This document shows positions 9,841 to 19,597 of a DNA stretch of 60,734 bases, one piece after another (positions within the stretch are counted from its first letter, which is position 1; every line of letters begins with the position of its first letter). This stretch comes from Bacteroidota bacterium (GTDB lineage Bacteria; Bacteroidota; Bacteroidia; Chitinophagales; Chitinophagaceae). Position numbers and translations under genes: made by a program. Where the stretch lies: NCBI GenBank assembly GCA_040004415.1, contig JBDUAY010000001.1, positions 1-60,734 on the forward strand. Direction: 5' to 3'. The notes under the pieces are model-generated. The model was not told the origin of the DNA, did no database searches, and was given only the letters and a program-made list of their open reading frames with translations.

Positions 9841-10055
9841 AAAAAATCCTGCCACACAAGACAGGACTGATATGTTGATTTGGTGTAAGGAACAACAAAG
9901 GTGACGGCGTTAAAATCTATGGCCGGTGAGACACCGGCCATGGGGAGGAGATCAAAAAATCTTGCCACACAAGACAGGATTGATATGTTGATTTGGTGTA
10001 AGTAACAACAAAGGCGACGGCGTTAAAAATCTATGGCCGGTGAGACACCGGCCAT
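9841..10055. repeat. Two tandem copies (9841-9941 and 9954-10055) of a ~101-nt unit, period ~113 nt
   Basis: The units align along their full length with a few substitutions and a 1-nt indel. Each ends in the perfect hairpin ATGGCCGGTG-AGA-CACCGGCCAT. Confidence 0.9.
10022..10055 (-). terminator. Rho-independent terminator of sucC (a duplicate copy lies at ~9909-9941)
   Basis: On the minus strand a 10-bp GC-rich stem with a 3-nt loop is followed by AGATTTTT. It lies 72 nt downstream of the sucC stop. Confidence 0.7.
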
Positions 10056-10126
10056 AGAGATAGATTTAATTTGTTGTTTGTTGATGAAAGTACCAGCAAG
10101 GGCGTTAATATATTAAGTAATTTAAT

Positions 10127-11338
10127 TTACGCCAGTGCTTTGTTAACTAACTCAGCAGCTTCGCTGAGTACGATGGCGGATTTCACTTTCAGCCCGCTTT
10201 CATCTATTAATTTCTTAGCTTCTGTTGCATTGGTTCCCTGCAATCTTACAATGATAGGAACGGTAATGTTTCCCATACTTTTATAAGCATCAATTACACC
10301 TTGCGCAACACGATCGCAACGCACAATACCGCCAAAAATATTAATCAGGATGGCTTTTACTTTTGGATCTTTTAAGATGATGCGGAAACCGGCTTCCACT
10401 GTTTGCGCGTTGGCAGTACCGCCTACGTCAAGAAAGTTGGCGGGTTCACCACCACTTAATTTAATCATGTCCATTGTTGCCATTGCAAGACCAGCTCCAT
10501 TTACCATGCAGCCCACGTTGCCATCAAGTTTTACAAAATTCAGGTTGTATTTCCCAGCCTCCACTTCAGTAGGATCTTCTTCGCTGATATCGCGCAGTGC
10601 TTCCAGTTCGGGATGGCGCATCATCGCGTTATCATCAAGATTCATCTTACAATCGACTGCAATAATTTTTTCGTCGCTGGTTTTAAACAACGGATTTATT
10701 TCAAGCATGGAGCAATCAAGACCCACATATGCATTATATAGATTGGTAACAAATTTTACGCAATTTTTTAAGGCCTCACCGCCAAGACCTAAATTAAAGG
10801 CAATCTTTCTGGCCTGGAAAGGTTGTAAGGGATAACCGGGCTGCACCCACTCTTTAAAAATTTTCTCCGGGGTATTATGTGCCACGTCTTCAATGTTTAT
10901 ACCGCCTTCGGTGCTGTACATGATTACGTTTTGTCCCCTGCTTCTGTCAAGCAAAACGGATAAATAAAACTCTTTTACCGGGTTAGCGCCGGGGTAATAA
11001 ACATCCTGCGCTATTAAAACCTTATTTACTACTTTGCCTGCTTCGCCGGTTTGTATCGTAACCAGTGTGCCGCCAAGCAAATTGGAAGCAATCTGTTTTA
11101 CATCTTCTGCATTTTTACCCACGGCCACACCGCGTTGTTCAGTACCTACAATTTTTCCTTTACCGCGTCCGCCAGCATGTATTTGCGCTTTCACAACGGC
11201 AAAACTGTTGCCATAGGTAACTTTCAATTGTTTATACGCCTCTTCTGCAGCGCCTGCGTTGTCTACCGGGATGCCTTCCTGCACGGGTACATTATATTTT
11301 TTGAGTAGTTCTTTGGCCTGGTATTCATGGAGATTCAT
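10127..11338 (-). CDS. sucC: Succinate--CoA ligase (ADP-forming) beta subunit
   Basis: MNLHEYQAKELLKKYNVPV... shows full-length similarity to SucC, including the ATP-grasp and CoA-ligase domains. The start was trimmed to the conserved MNLHEYQ. Confidence 0.93.
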   Translation of the reverse strand: MNLHEYQAKELLKKYNVPVQEGIPVDNAGAAEEAYKQLKVTYGNSFAVVKAQIHAGGRGKGKIVGTEQRGVAVGKNAEDVKQIASNLLGGTLVTIQTGEAGKVVNKVLIAQDVYYPGANPVKEFYLSVLLDRSRGQNVIMYSTEGGINIEDVAHNTPEKIFKEWVQPGYPLQPFQARKIAFNLGLGGEALKNCVKFVTNLYNAYVGLDCSMLEINPLFKTSDEKIIAVDCKMNLDDNAMMRHPELEALRDISEEDPTEVEAGKYNLNFVKLDGNVGCMVNGAGLAMATMDMIKLSGGEPANFLDVGGTANAQTVEAGFRIILKDPKVKAILINIFGGIVRCDRVAQGVIDAYKSMGNITVPIIVRLQGTNATEAKKLIDESGLKVKSAIVLSEAAELVNKALA

Positions 11339-11574
11339 ACAGTAAAAATTTTGTAGCGAAGATAGGGTAAAGCAGTTAGTTTGAAACCGCCACATAATGG
11401 CTTACCATAAATTACTAAACGCAGTATAATGCGGGGCAGTACTGAACCTGCCCATTTTTAAAGAAAATAAGGCGCTGCCATTTAAACCCGGACTGCTGTT
11501 TTCAGTCCATAGGCAGTCATTAACTATAGGACGCTTTGAGCGTCTTTTAGCATCCGTTCGTACCAATTATTTTT

Positions 11575-12462
11575 ATGAAAAGAACTACTGTTATTTTTTT
11601 ATTGTGCCTGCTGGCTATTGGTGCGTTTGCACAGGAAGACTCCGTGAAAAAAACAGCTCCGGCGGTGGCTCTGCTTAAATCTTATTTTGCAGTTGGAACC
11701 AGTTACCTCACCAATTCAATGTACAATGGAAGAAAGGATTCAACTGCTACCCCTTATATTACACCTACGCTCGGTTATTACGATAAATCGGGCTTTTTTG
11801 TTAGCGGGTCCTTGTCGTACCTGGCCAAATCTGGTAGCAGCCGGATCGATTTATTTAATATATCGGCAGGCTATGATTTTGATTTTGGCAATTTTGATGG
11901 GGAAATTTCGGCCAACAAATCCTTTTACAATAGTCATAGCACGAATGTGAAATCGCAGGTTACCGGAAGCATTTCGGCATCCGGTGGATATGATTTCACC
12001 TATATTAAGCCAACAGTTGACGCGGGGATTAATTTTGGCACAAAGTCAGACTATTTGTTGTCTTTTGGACTGGAACATACTTTTTACAAATTGCATGATA
12101 AATTACAATTTACGCCCAGCTTTTTGGCCAATGGAAGTACACAGAATTATTATGGATCTTATTACAACAAACGCAAAGTTGGCGGCAAAAGAAAGAAGGC
12201 TGGTATTACGTACGATGTAACGGCGACAGTGGAAGATGCTTCGCAATTTAAGATGCTGGATTATGAATTCAGCCTTCCAATTATTTATGTGGTTAAAAGG
12301 TTTTCCTTTATTCTTACGCCTGTTTACGTTTTGCCGGTGAACCCTGCGTTGGTAACAGTTGAGTTAAAACCTGAAGCAGGTGGCAGCACCATTACCAGAA
12401 CTTCATTTGAAACCATCAGCAATACGTTTTATTGTTCTTTCGGGGTTAGCTATAAGTTATAG
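11575..12462 (+). CDS. Hypothetical outer-membrane beta-barrel protein
   Basis: It has a signal peptide (AIGAFAQ). An alternating aromatic/G-S-rich pattern ends in ...FGVSYKL. Confidence 0.5.
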   Translation: MKRTTVIFLLCLLAIGAFAQEDSVKKTAPAVALLKSYFAVGTSYLTNSMYNGRKDSTATPYITPTLGYYDKSGFFVSGSLSYLAKSGSSRIDLFNISAGYDFDFGNFDGEISANKSFYNSHSTNVKSQVTGSISASGGYDFTYIKPTVDAGINFGTKSDYLLSFGLEHTFYKLHDKLQFTPSFLANGSTQNYYGSYYNKRKVGGKRKKAGITYDVTATVEDASQFKMLDYEFSLPIIYVVKRFSFILTPVYVLPVNPALVTVELKPEAGGSTITRTSFETISNTFYCSFGVSYKL

Positions 12463-12581
12463 AAAGAAATCTCAATACGTTGAAAATTGAAAAGAATGTA
12501 CAATGATCAACCGTCAATATTCGATGCGCAGGAATTGGGTCTAACCTGTACTTTTGCCATTCATAAAAGATAGCAATTAGT

Positions 12582-13151
12582 ATGGTTGATTTTTCGGGAG
12601 ATGTAGAGAGGTGCCTGGAAGTATTACATGCAGGCGGCGTAATTCTTTATCCAACAGACACCGTGTGGGGACTGGGTTGCGATGCTACCAACGAAGCAGC
12701 TGTAGAAAAAATATTTAACATTAAACAACGCTCAGAATCAAAAAGCCTGATAATATTACTGGCAGATGAGCGGGATGTTTTGCAATATGTAGCCGCGCCG
12801 GATTTACAAGTATTTGATTATTTGGATACGGTTACCAAACCTACCACCATTATTTACGAGGGCATCATTGGCCTGGCAGAAAATCTGTTGGCTGCAGATG
12901 GCAGTGCCGGCATCCGTATTGTTAAAGAATCTTTCTGTAAACATTTAATAAAACGTTTTCGCAAACCTGTTGTTTCTACTTCCGCCAATATAAGTGGTGA
13001 GATTACGCCTTCTGATTTTTCGTCAATACATTCAAATATAAAATCTTCGGTAGATTATGTTGTTCAATACCGTCAGCAGGATAATAGACCTGCAACGCCC
13101 TCTGCTGTTGTAAAATGGAATGGGGGAAATGTGGTGGTGATAAGACCGTGA
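12582..13151 (+). CDS. tsaC: L-threonylcarbamoyladenylate synthase (YrdC/TsaC family)
   Basis: ILYPTDTVWGLGCDA and VSTSANISG are YrdC-domain signatures. The ~190 aa single-domain size fits. Confidence 0.85.
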   Translation: MVDFSGDVERCLEVLHAGGVILYPTDTVWGLGCDATNEAAVEKIFNIKQRSESKSLIILLADERDVLQYVAAPDLQVFDYLDTVTKPTTIIYEGIIGLAENLLAADGSAGIRIVKESFCKHLIKRFRKPVVSTSANISGEITPSDFSSIHSNIKSSVDYVVQYRQQDNRPATPSAVVKWNGGNVVVIRP

Positions 13152-13261
13152 GAATAACATTGCTGATTTCGGGATGGGGGGGATTTTGTGATTTACTTAT
13201 CATGCAACATCAAAAGAAGTCTCAAGATTCGGTAGTGCCTCACTTTGAATAAAATGTATTG

Positions 13262-13428
13262 AACCACGGTGACACAGAGACACAAAGCTTTTACGGGGAT
13301 TATGGAACTGGTTTAAAAAGAAGATTTTCCGGTGCACAGAGGTTAAAAACGGGCATCCGGCCCGCCGTGTACCAGCACTCAGCTAAAATGATCCGTGTGT
13401 TTCCCTGTGTCATCGTGTCTCTGTGGTT
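13262..13428. repeat. Imperfect inverted repeat bounding a ~165-nt element (CACAGAGACAC / GTGTCTCTGTGG type)
   Basis: The right arm GTGTCTCTGTGGTT (13415-13428) is the reverse complement of AACCAC...AGAGACAC in the left arm (13262-13283). In the left arm these are split by GGTGACAC. Confidence 0.6.
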
Positions 13429-14496
13429 AAACTGATACACTGCCCAAAATTCCTAAATCACCCATTCAGAAATCCTTCTTCCTATCTTTGCTTCCTGCAA
13501 AAATTTCTAATTATACAAACGGCTTTTATTGGAGACGTGGTACTGGCAACAGGCATCATAGAAAAGCTGCATACCTATTTTCCGGAGGCGCAAATTGACT
13601 TTTTGTTACGAAAAGGAAATGAAGATTTGTTGCAACAGCATCCTTACCTGAATGAGGTATTAATATGGAATAAAAAAGAAGGAAAATTAAAAGATCTGCG
13701 GAGGCTGCTGCATATAATCCGGAGTAATCAATATGATAAAGTTATTAATGTACAGCGGTTCACGGCAACGGGTGTATTAACTGCTTTTTCCGGGGCAAAA
13801 GAAAAAATCGGGTTCGATAAAAATCCGCTGAGTGCGCTATTTACAACTAAAGTAAAGCATGTTATCAGCACCACTCAACAACCCAAACATGAAATTGAAC
13901 GCAACAATGATCTGATTGCTTCATTTACCGATGGAGTGGTTTTTAAACCAAAATTGTATCCGTCTGAACATGATTTTAAATTTGTTCAATCCGGCAAACA
14001 ATCGCCTTATATCTGTATTGCGCCATCATCCGTATGGTTCACCAAGCAATATCCTGCTGATAAATGGATCAGCTTTATAAACCAACTGGATTCTACATAC
14101 AGCATTCATCTTTTAGGTGCACCGGCAGATAAAATATTATGCGATAGAATAGCAGAAGCGTGCCCGGGCAAAAGCGTTAATAACTTATGCGGCAAACTAA
14201 GTTTTTTGCAATCCGCCGCGTTAATGAAAGATGCGGTTATGAATTATGTCAATGATTCTGCACCTATGCATTTTGCTTCTTCTGTAAATGCCCCGGTAAC
14301 GGCGGTTTATTGTTCCACATTGCCATCATTTGGTTTTGGTCCCGTGAGTGATAACAGTTTCATCATAGAAACAGAAGAGCCATTGCCTTGCCGTCCTTGC
14401 GGATTGCATGGAAGAAAAGCTTGTCCGCTGGGGCATTTTAAATGTGCATCTACTATCAGAGATGAGCAATTACTCAGATCAATTTCTGATTTCTGA
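13423..14496 (+). CDS. Glycosyltransferase family 9 (heptosyltransferase-like); start uncertain
   Basis: LIIQTAFIGDVVLATGIIEKL is the usual extreme N-terminus of GT9 enzymes. There is no in-frame ATG. The only start in the ORF is a GTG lying inside the right repeat arm, and CTG at 13495 sits where the ATG is expected. Confidence 0.7.
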   Translation: MVKLIHCPKFLNHPFRNPSSYLCFLQKFLIIQTAFIGDVVLATGIIEKLHTYFPEAQIDFLLRKGNEDLLQQHPYLNEVLIWNKKEGKLKDLRRLLHIIRSNQYDKVINVQRFTATGVLTAFSGAKEKIGFDKNPLSALFTTKVKHVISTTQQPKHEIERNNDLIASFTDGVVFKPKLYPSEHDFKFVQSGKQSPYICIAPSSVWFTKQYPADKWISFINQLDSTYSIHLLGAPADKILCDRIAEACPGKSVNNLCGKLSFLQSAALMKDAVMNYVNDSAPMHFASSVNAPVTAVYCSTLPSFGFGPVSDNSFIIETEEPLPCRPCGLHGRKACPLGHFKCASTIRDEQLLRSISDF

Positions 14497-14627
14497 TTTT
14501 GGAATTGCCTTGAATCTTGCACCAAAAGAAAGCTTACCATCGCTCCATCGCAAAATCAGCAATGTTTCATTTATCGCATTTCCACATTTTCATATTTTCA
14601 AATTCCCTATTTCTTATTTTTGCCGTT

Positions 14628-16046
14628 ATGGAGATTGATTGCCCGGAGCGGGAGTTGTTCGTTTTTAAAAAGATTGCACATGCGGCGGCAGAATTGCAGG
14701 TGCCCTGTTATATTATCGGTGGATTTGTGCGCGATAAATTGCTGGGCCGTAAAACAAAAGATGCAGACATTGTTTGCGTGGGCAATGGCATCGATCTGGC
14801 GCATAAAGTTGCGGCATATTTCAATCCCGTTCCCCGGGTAGCATTTTTTAAAACATACGGAACGGCGCAAATAAAACTGGACGATTTTGAAATTGAATTT
14901 GTAGGCGCGCGGAAAGAAAGTTATAAGTATCATAGTCGTAACCCGGAAGTAGCGCCCGGCACATTGGAAGACGATCAGAACAGGCGGGATTTTACCATCA
15001 ATGCGCTGGCGATTAGTTTGAATGAAGCAGATTTTGGAAAATTATCGGATCCATTTAACGGGCGTAAAGATTTAGCGGATAAAATTATACAAACGCCGCT
15101 GGAACCGGATCAAACTTTCAGCGACGATCCTTTACGGATGTTGCGTGCCATACGTTTTGCGTCGCAACTGCAGTTTACCATTGCAGATAAAACCTGGCAG
15201 GGCATCAAACAAAATGTGCAGCGCATAAAAATTATTACGCAGGAACGGATTACGGATGAACTGAACAAAATATTGATGAGCAGGCAGCCTTCTGTTGGTT
15301 TTGATTTGTTGTATAAAAGCGGCCTGCTGCATATTATTTTCCCACAAATGGTAGACCTGGAAGGCGCCGAATACATTGATGGCAAAGGGCATAAAGACAA
15401 TTTTTATCATACCCTGCAGGTGATAGATAACATCTGTACAAAGACAGGTGATCTATGGTTGCGCTGGGCGGCATTATTGCATGATATAGGTAAGCCGGCT
15501 ACCAAAAAATTTGAGGAAGGACATGGCTGGACATTCCACGGCCACGAAGTAGTGGGGGCAAGAATGGTTCCTAAAATATTTGCTAAATTGAAGTTACCGC
15601 AGAACGAGAAAATGCGTTTTGTACAAAAATTGGTAGCGTTGCACCTGCGGCCCATCGGTTTAACAAAAGAGAACATCACAGATTCAGCCATACGGCGTTT
15701 ATTATTCGATGCCGGTGAAGATGTGGATGCGCTGATGATGTTGTGTGAAGCAGATATTACGTCTAAAAATAAACTGAAAGTAAAGCGCTACCTGGAAAAT
15801 TTCGAACTGGTACGTATACGGATGGAACAGGTGGAAGAAAAGGACCGCATTCGTAACTGGCAGCCACCGGTTACAGGTGAAATGATCATGGAAATATTTG
15901 GCTTGGAACCCTGCCGTGCGGTGGGCGATATTAAAAGTGCAATACGGGATGCAATATTAGACGGTGATATACAAAATAATTACGAAGCTGCATATGAAGT
16001 GATGTTGAAAAAAGCAAGAGAATTAAATTTGAAACCCATAAAATAG
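14628..16046 (+). CDS. cca: CCA-adding enzyme / poly(A) polymerase-family tRNA nucleotidyltransferase with HD domain
   Basis: It carries [14 protein letters not shown] and LLHDIGKP (HD) motifs. The start was moved to MEIDCPE. Confidence 0.85.
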   Translation: MEIDCPERELFVFKKIAHAAAELQVPCYIIGGFVRDKLLGRKTKDADIVCVGNGIDLAHKVAAYFNPVPRVAFFKTYGTAQIKLDDFEIEFVGARKESYKYHSRNPEVAPGTLEDDQNRRDFTINALAISLNEADFGKLSDPFNGRKDLADKIIQTPLEPDQTFSDDPLRMLRAIRFASQLQFTIADKTWQGIKQNVQRIKIITQERITDELNKILMSRQPSVGFDLLYKSGLLHIIFPQMVDLEGAEYIDGKGHKDNFYHTLQVIDNICTKTGDLWLRWAALLHDIGKPATKKFEEGHGWTFHGHEVVGARMVPKIFAKLKLPQNEKMRFVQKLVALHLRPIGLTKENITDSAIRRLLFDAGEDVDALMMLCEADITSKNKLKVKRYLENFELVRIRMEQVEEKDRIRNWQPPVTGEMIMEIFGLEPCRAVGDIKSAIRDAILDGDIQNNYEAAYEVMLKKARELNLKPIK

Positions 16047-16213
16047 TGAATGGCTGTAAGTTGCCAATTTGTTTTACTTTTGAACGGGTAATTAGGCTGA
16101 TTGGTTAGAAGTTTGATAGGATAGATGTGTGCGTAGTTACAAATCATTTACATCAGGGCTTTTACGTGGTTGCATACAATTGACATTTGAAAATCTTAAA
16201 TTGAAATACAGCA

Positions 16214-16789
16214 ATGGCTATTTTAAAATTCAGGGTATATTTTGAGCAGGACGACAGTGTTTACCGCGATGTTGCGATTCGCCACACGCAGAACTTTTTA
16301 CAATTACACCAGGCTGTATTAAAGGCGTATGAATTTGATAGCAAGCACCAGGCTACTTTTTTTAGAAGTAACGATCACTGGCAGCGTGGTAAAGAAATAA
16401 CGCTGGCCAAATACGAAAAAAAATATAAGGTGGAGCCGTTGCTGATGGAAACAACGGCGGTTGGTTCTGAGATAATTGACCCCAACCAGAAATTTGTGTA
16501 CGAATATGATTTTGCTAAAAATTGGGTCTTCTGGCTGGAGTTAATCAATGTATCCAAAGAAGAAAATCCGCGGCTTGAATACCCGGCTACGGTAAGAACA
16601 GAAGGCATTGCGCCTTCTCAATATGGCACCAAGGGTTTGGTAAGCGATAAGCTGGCCGAAATGGAAGAGAAATATGATCTGGTCAGTGGCGCAGATGGAT
16701 TTGGTGAAGAAGGTGAGGGTGCAGAAGAAGAGGCTGGCGAAGATGTGGCGGGTGAAGAAGCAAATGAAGAAAGCGCGGAGGAAATTTAG
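16214..16789 (+). CDS. pRiA4b ORF-3-like (IS1096 passenger TnpR-like) family protein with an acidic tail
   Basis: YEYDFAKNWVFWLELI matches the family's Y.YDFGD.W.H.I.E core. The C-terminus is rich in E, G and A. Confidence 0.6.
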   Translation: MAILKFRVYFEQDDSVYRDVAIRHTQNFLQLHQAVLKAYEFDSKHQATFFRSNDHWQRGKEITLAKYEKKYKVEPLLMETTAVGSEIIDPNQKFVYEYDFAKNWVFWLELINVSKEENPRLEYPATVRTEGIAPSQYGTKGLVSDKLAEMEEKYDLVSGADGFGEEGEGAEEEAGEDVAGEEANEESAEEI

Positions 16790-17012
16790 TAAGCTGCAGG
16801 GCGTTGGCCCCGGGGTGCAAAGCGTTTCAATGAATAGGGTCTTTTATTGAACTTGTTTTGTGGCGGCAAATATTCAATGCCTTGTTTTCTGTGTTCAATG
16901 AGTAAATATCATTTTAAATAAACATTGAAAAATTGGACGTTTCGTATATATTTAAAATTGAAATAAGCGCAATGGCTTCTTCCCTTATAGCTTTAGCCTT
17001 CTACCTGTTACC

Positions 17013-17915
17013 TTGACTTCAAAAACATGTATCATAATTGCAGGCCCTACCGCTGTTGGTAAAACAAGTGTTTCCATTGCATTGGCGCAACACTTTAAGA
17101 CAGATATTATTTCCGCAGATTCACGTCAATGTTATAAAGAGTTAAATATTGGAGTAGCAAAGCCTGCTGACGGGCAATTACAACTGGTAAAACATTATTT
17201 TATCAATTCTCATTCTGTTACAGAAGATGTAAATGCGGGCATGTTTGAGCAGTACGCGCTGAATGCTGTTAATGAAATATTTACTGAACATGATGTTGCC
17301 ATTATGGTGGGCGGCACAGGGTTATATATAAAAGCCTTTTGTGAAGGCATGGATGCAATACCTGCTATTGATGCCGTTGTGCGTACTGAAATCATTCAGA
17401 AATATAATGCCGGCGGCCTCCTATGGCTGCAAGAGGAAATAAAAGAAAAAGATCCAGCCTGGTATGCATCGGGTGAAATACAAAATCCGCACCGTATCAT
17501 GCGGGCGCTGGAAGTTATTTCTACCACGGGTAAATCACTCCTGGCTTTTCAAAAATCTCAAAAAATAAAAAGAGATTTTGACATACTAGAAATAGGGTTG
17601 GCGCTTCCCAGGGAGCAGCTGTACCAGCAAATTGATACCCGTACAGATGATATGATAGCACAGGGTTTGGAGCAAGAAGTAAGATCATTATTGCAGTATC
17701 GCGGCCTGAATGCACTACAGACGGTAGGTTACAAAGAACTTTTTGAATACATTGATGGAGATATTAATATAGAGCAGGCCATTAATAATATTAAAAGAAA
17801 TACCCGCCATTATGCGAAACGTCAATTGACCTGGTTCAAAAAAGATCAAAAAATAAAATGGTTTTCACCCCTTGATTATAGTCAACTTATTAAATCTTTT
17901 CATAACTTGGTGTAA
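17013..17915 (+). CDS. miaA: tRNA dimethylallyltransferase
   Basis: It has the IIIAGPTAVGKTS P-loop and SADSRQCYKELNIGVAKP. A TTG start is implied because there is no in-frame ATG upstream of the P-loop. Confidence 0.9.
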   Translation: MTSKTCIIIAGPTAVGKTSVSIALAQHFKTDIISADSRQCYKELNIGVAKPADGQLQLVKHYFINSHSVTEDVNAGMFEQYALNAVNEIFTEHDVAIMVGGTGLYIKAFCEGMDAIPAIDAVVRTEIIQKYNAGGLLWLQEEIKEKDPAWYASGEIQNPHRIMRALEVISTTGKSLLAFQKSQKIKRDFDILEIGLALPREQLYQQIDTRTDDMIAQGLEQEVRSLLQYRGLNALQTVGYKELFEYIDGDINIEQAINNIKRNTRHYAKRQLTWFKKDQKIKWFSPLDYSQLIKSFHNLV

Positions 17916-18077
17916 GAATTGTAGTAATTTAAAATCTTATATCCAATATCATAATTTAAAAAAGTAATAATCACATTTATACCTTCTACACGTGTGAGAA
18001 ACCCATTGTCCAAATATCCATTAGAAAGCCAATTAAAAATGCAGGTTTAGGCGCTGATCGCAAAAAAAACAAAAAGG

Positions 18078-18108
18078 CCCTTTCATCATTGAAAGGGTCT
18101 TCTTATTT
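18078..18108 (+). terminator. Rho-independent terminator after miaA
   Basis: The hairpin CCCTTTCA-TCAT-TGAAAGGG is followed by the T-rich TCTTCTTATTTC. Confidence 0.6.
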
Positions 18109-18172
18109 CAGTAAACTTAATACAGGCTTAATACTCGTCAATCCATAATGGTGCAACTTTACGCCATTATTC

Positions 18173-19534
18173 ATGAGTCATTCTTCCAATCAACTATCAG
18201 CAAAAGATTTTGGCAACTCTTTTTTATGGGGAGTAGCGATGGCAGCAGCACAAAATGAAGGTGCATGGAACGATGATGGCAGGGGCCCATCAATCTGGGA
18301 TTCTTTTGCGCGCCGTCAAGGCAAAATAAAAGGCAATGCAAAACCTTATATTGCTACAGATTTTTATCATCGGTATAAGGATGATCTGTTACTGGTAAAA
18401 GCACTTGGCTTTAATACCTTTCGTTTTTCATTATCATGGTCGAGAATTCTACCGGATGGTACTGGTAAAGTTAACCAGGCAGGCATATCATTTTATCATA
18501 ACGTAATTGATGAGTGTTTGAAGCAGGGTATTACGCCTTTCATTACATTATATCACTGGGATCTGCCACTGGCGCTTGAACAAAAAGGTGGCTGGTCAAG
18601 TCATTTGATGAACCGGTGGTTTGTAAAATATGCAACTGTTTGCGCGGAAGCATTTGGTGATAAAGCGAAAAACTGGATTGTGCTGAATGAACCCTTTGGT
18701 TTTACTGCATTGGGTTATATGCTGGGCAAACATGCACCTGGTAAAACAGGATTAAATAATTTTTTAAAAGCGGTTCATCATGCCGCGTTGGCACAGGCAG
18801 ATGGAGGAAGAGTACTGCGTAGTGAAATTAAAAACGCATATATCGGTACCAGCTTCTCCTGCTCTGAGGTAAAGCCATATACAGGCAAGCCAGAAGATAT
18901 AGAAGCAGCGCGTAAAACAGATATCTTATTAAACCGTCTTTTTATTGAACCGCTGCTGGGTAAAGGTTATCCAAGTGAGAATTTTAAACTGATAGAAAAA
19001 CTTGAGCTGGTTAATAAAACCTGGAAGTATACAGAACGTCTGCGGTTTGATATGGACTTCATTGGCGTTCAGAATTATTTTCCGGTGGTGGTAAAGCATA
19101 GCCCGTTTATTCCGTACGTGAATGCTGCTGAAGTAAATGCCATCACACGCAAAGTGGGCAATATGACCGGTATGAACTGGGAGATAAGCCCGGAAGGTTT
19201 TTATAATATCCTGAAAAAATTCTGGAATTATGGAGCGGTAAAAGAAATTATTGTAACAGAAAGTGGTGCTGCCTTTACGGATAAAATAATAAATGGCCAG
19301 GTGATGGATACACAACGGATTTTATACCATCAGCAATACCTGCGGGCGTTGCTGACGGCTAAAAAAGAGGGCATCAATATAAAAGGCTACATGGCCTGGA
19401 CACTTACTGATAATTTTGAATGGGCAGAAGGTTACAATGCCAGGTTTGGCCTTGTCCATGTAGATTTTAAAACACAATTGAGAACAGTAAAACAATCAGG
19501 CTACTGGTTCAGGGACCTTTTATCTGAACGATGA
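18173..19534 (+). CDS. GH1 beta-glucosidase
   Basis: It has TLYHWDLP and LNEP (acid/base Glu). VTESG sits at the nucleophile position, where the canonical motif is I/VTENG. Confidence 0.88.
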   Translation: MSHSSNQLSAKDFGNSFLWGVAMAAAQNEGAWNDDGRGPSIWDSFARRQGKIKGNAKPYIATDFYHRYKDDLLLVKALGFNTFRFSLSWSRILPDGTGKVNQAGISFYHNVIDECLKQGITPFITLYHWDLPLALEQKGGWSSHLMNRWFVKYATVCAEAFGDKAKNWIVLNEPFGFTALGYMLGKHAPGKTGLNNFLKAVHHAALAQADGGRVLRSEIKNAYIGTSFSCSEVKPYTGKPEDIEAARKTDILLNRLFIEPLLGKGYPSENFKLIEKLELVNKTWKYTERLRFDMDFIGVQNYFPVVVKHSPFIPYVNAAEVNAITRKVGNMTGMNWEISPEGFYNILKKFWNYGAVKEIIVTESGAAFTDKIINGQVMDTQRILYHQQYLRALLTAKKEGINIKGYMAWTLTDNFEWAEGYNARFGLVHVDFKTQLRTVKQSGYWFRDLLSER

Positions 19535-19597
19535 TTTGTATGATTATTTGTAACTCCTTTCAATCATATCAAACCAATTGAATTGCAACTCAACCAA

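Noticed and set aside
9753-9968. A 71-aa minus-strand ORF lies in the sucC-downstream spacer.
   Set aside because: It runs straight through the 53-nt dispersed repeat and the tandem repeat hairpins. The open frame is most likely a by-product of repeat sequence.
9841-10055. I considered whether the tandem repeat region could be a CRISPR array.
   Set aside because: There are only two copies. The units are ~101 nt with a 12-nt spacer, no cas genes are nearby, and the unit contains the sucC terminator hairpin.
14517-14627. The ORF track gives the cca gene an N-terminal extension.
   Set aside because: The extension is hydrophobic and low-complexity and overlaps the GT9 3' flank. The conserved nucleotidyltransferase sequence starts at MEIDCPE (14628).
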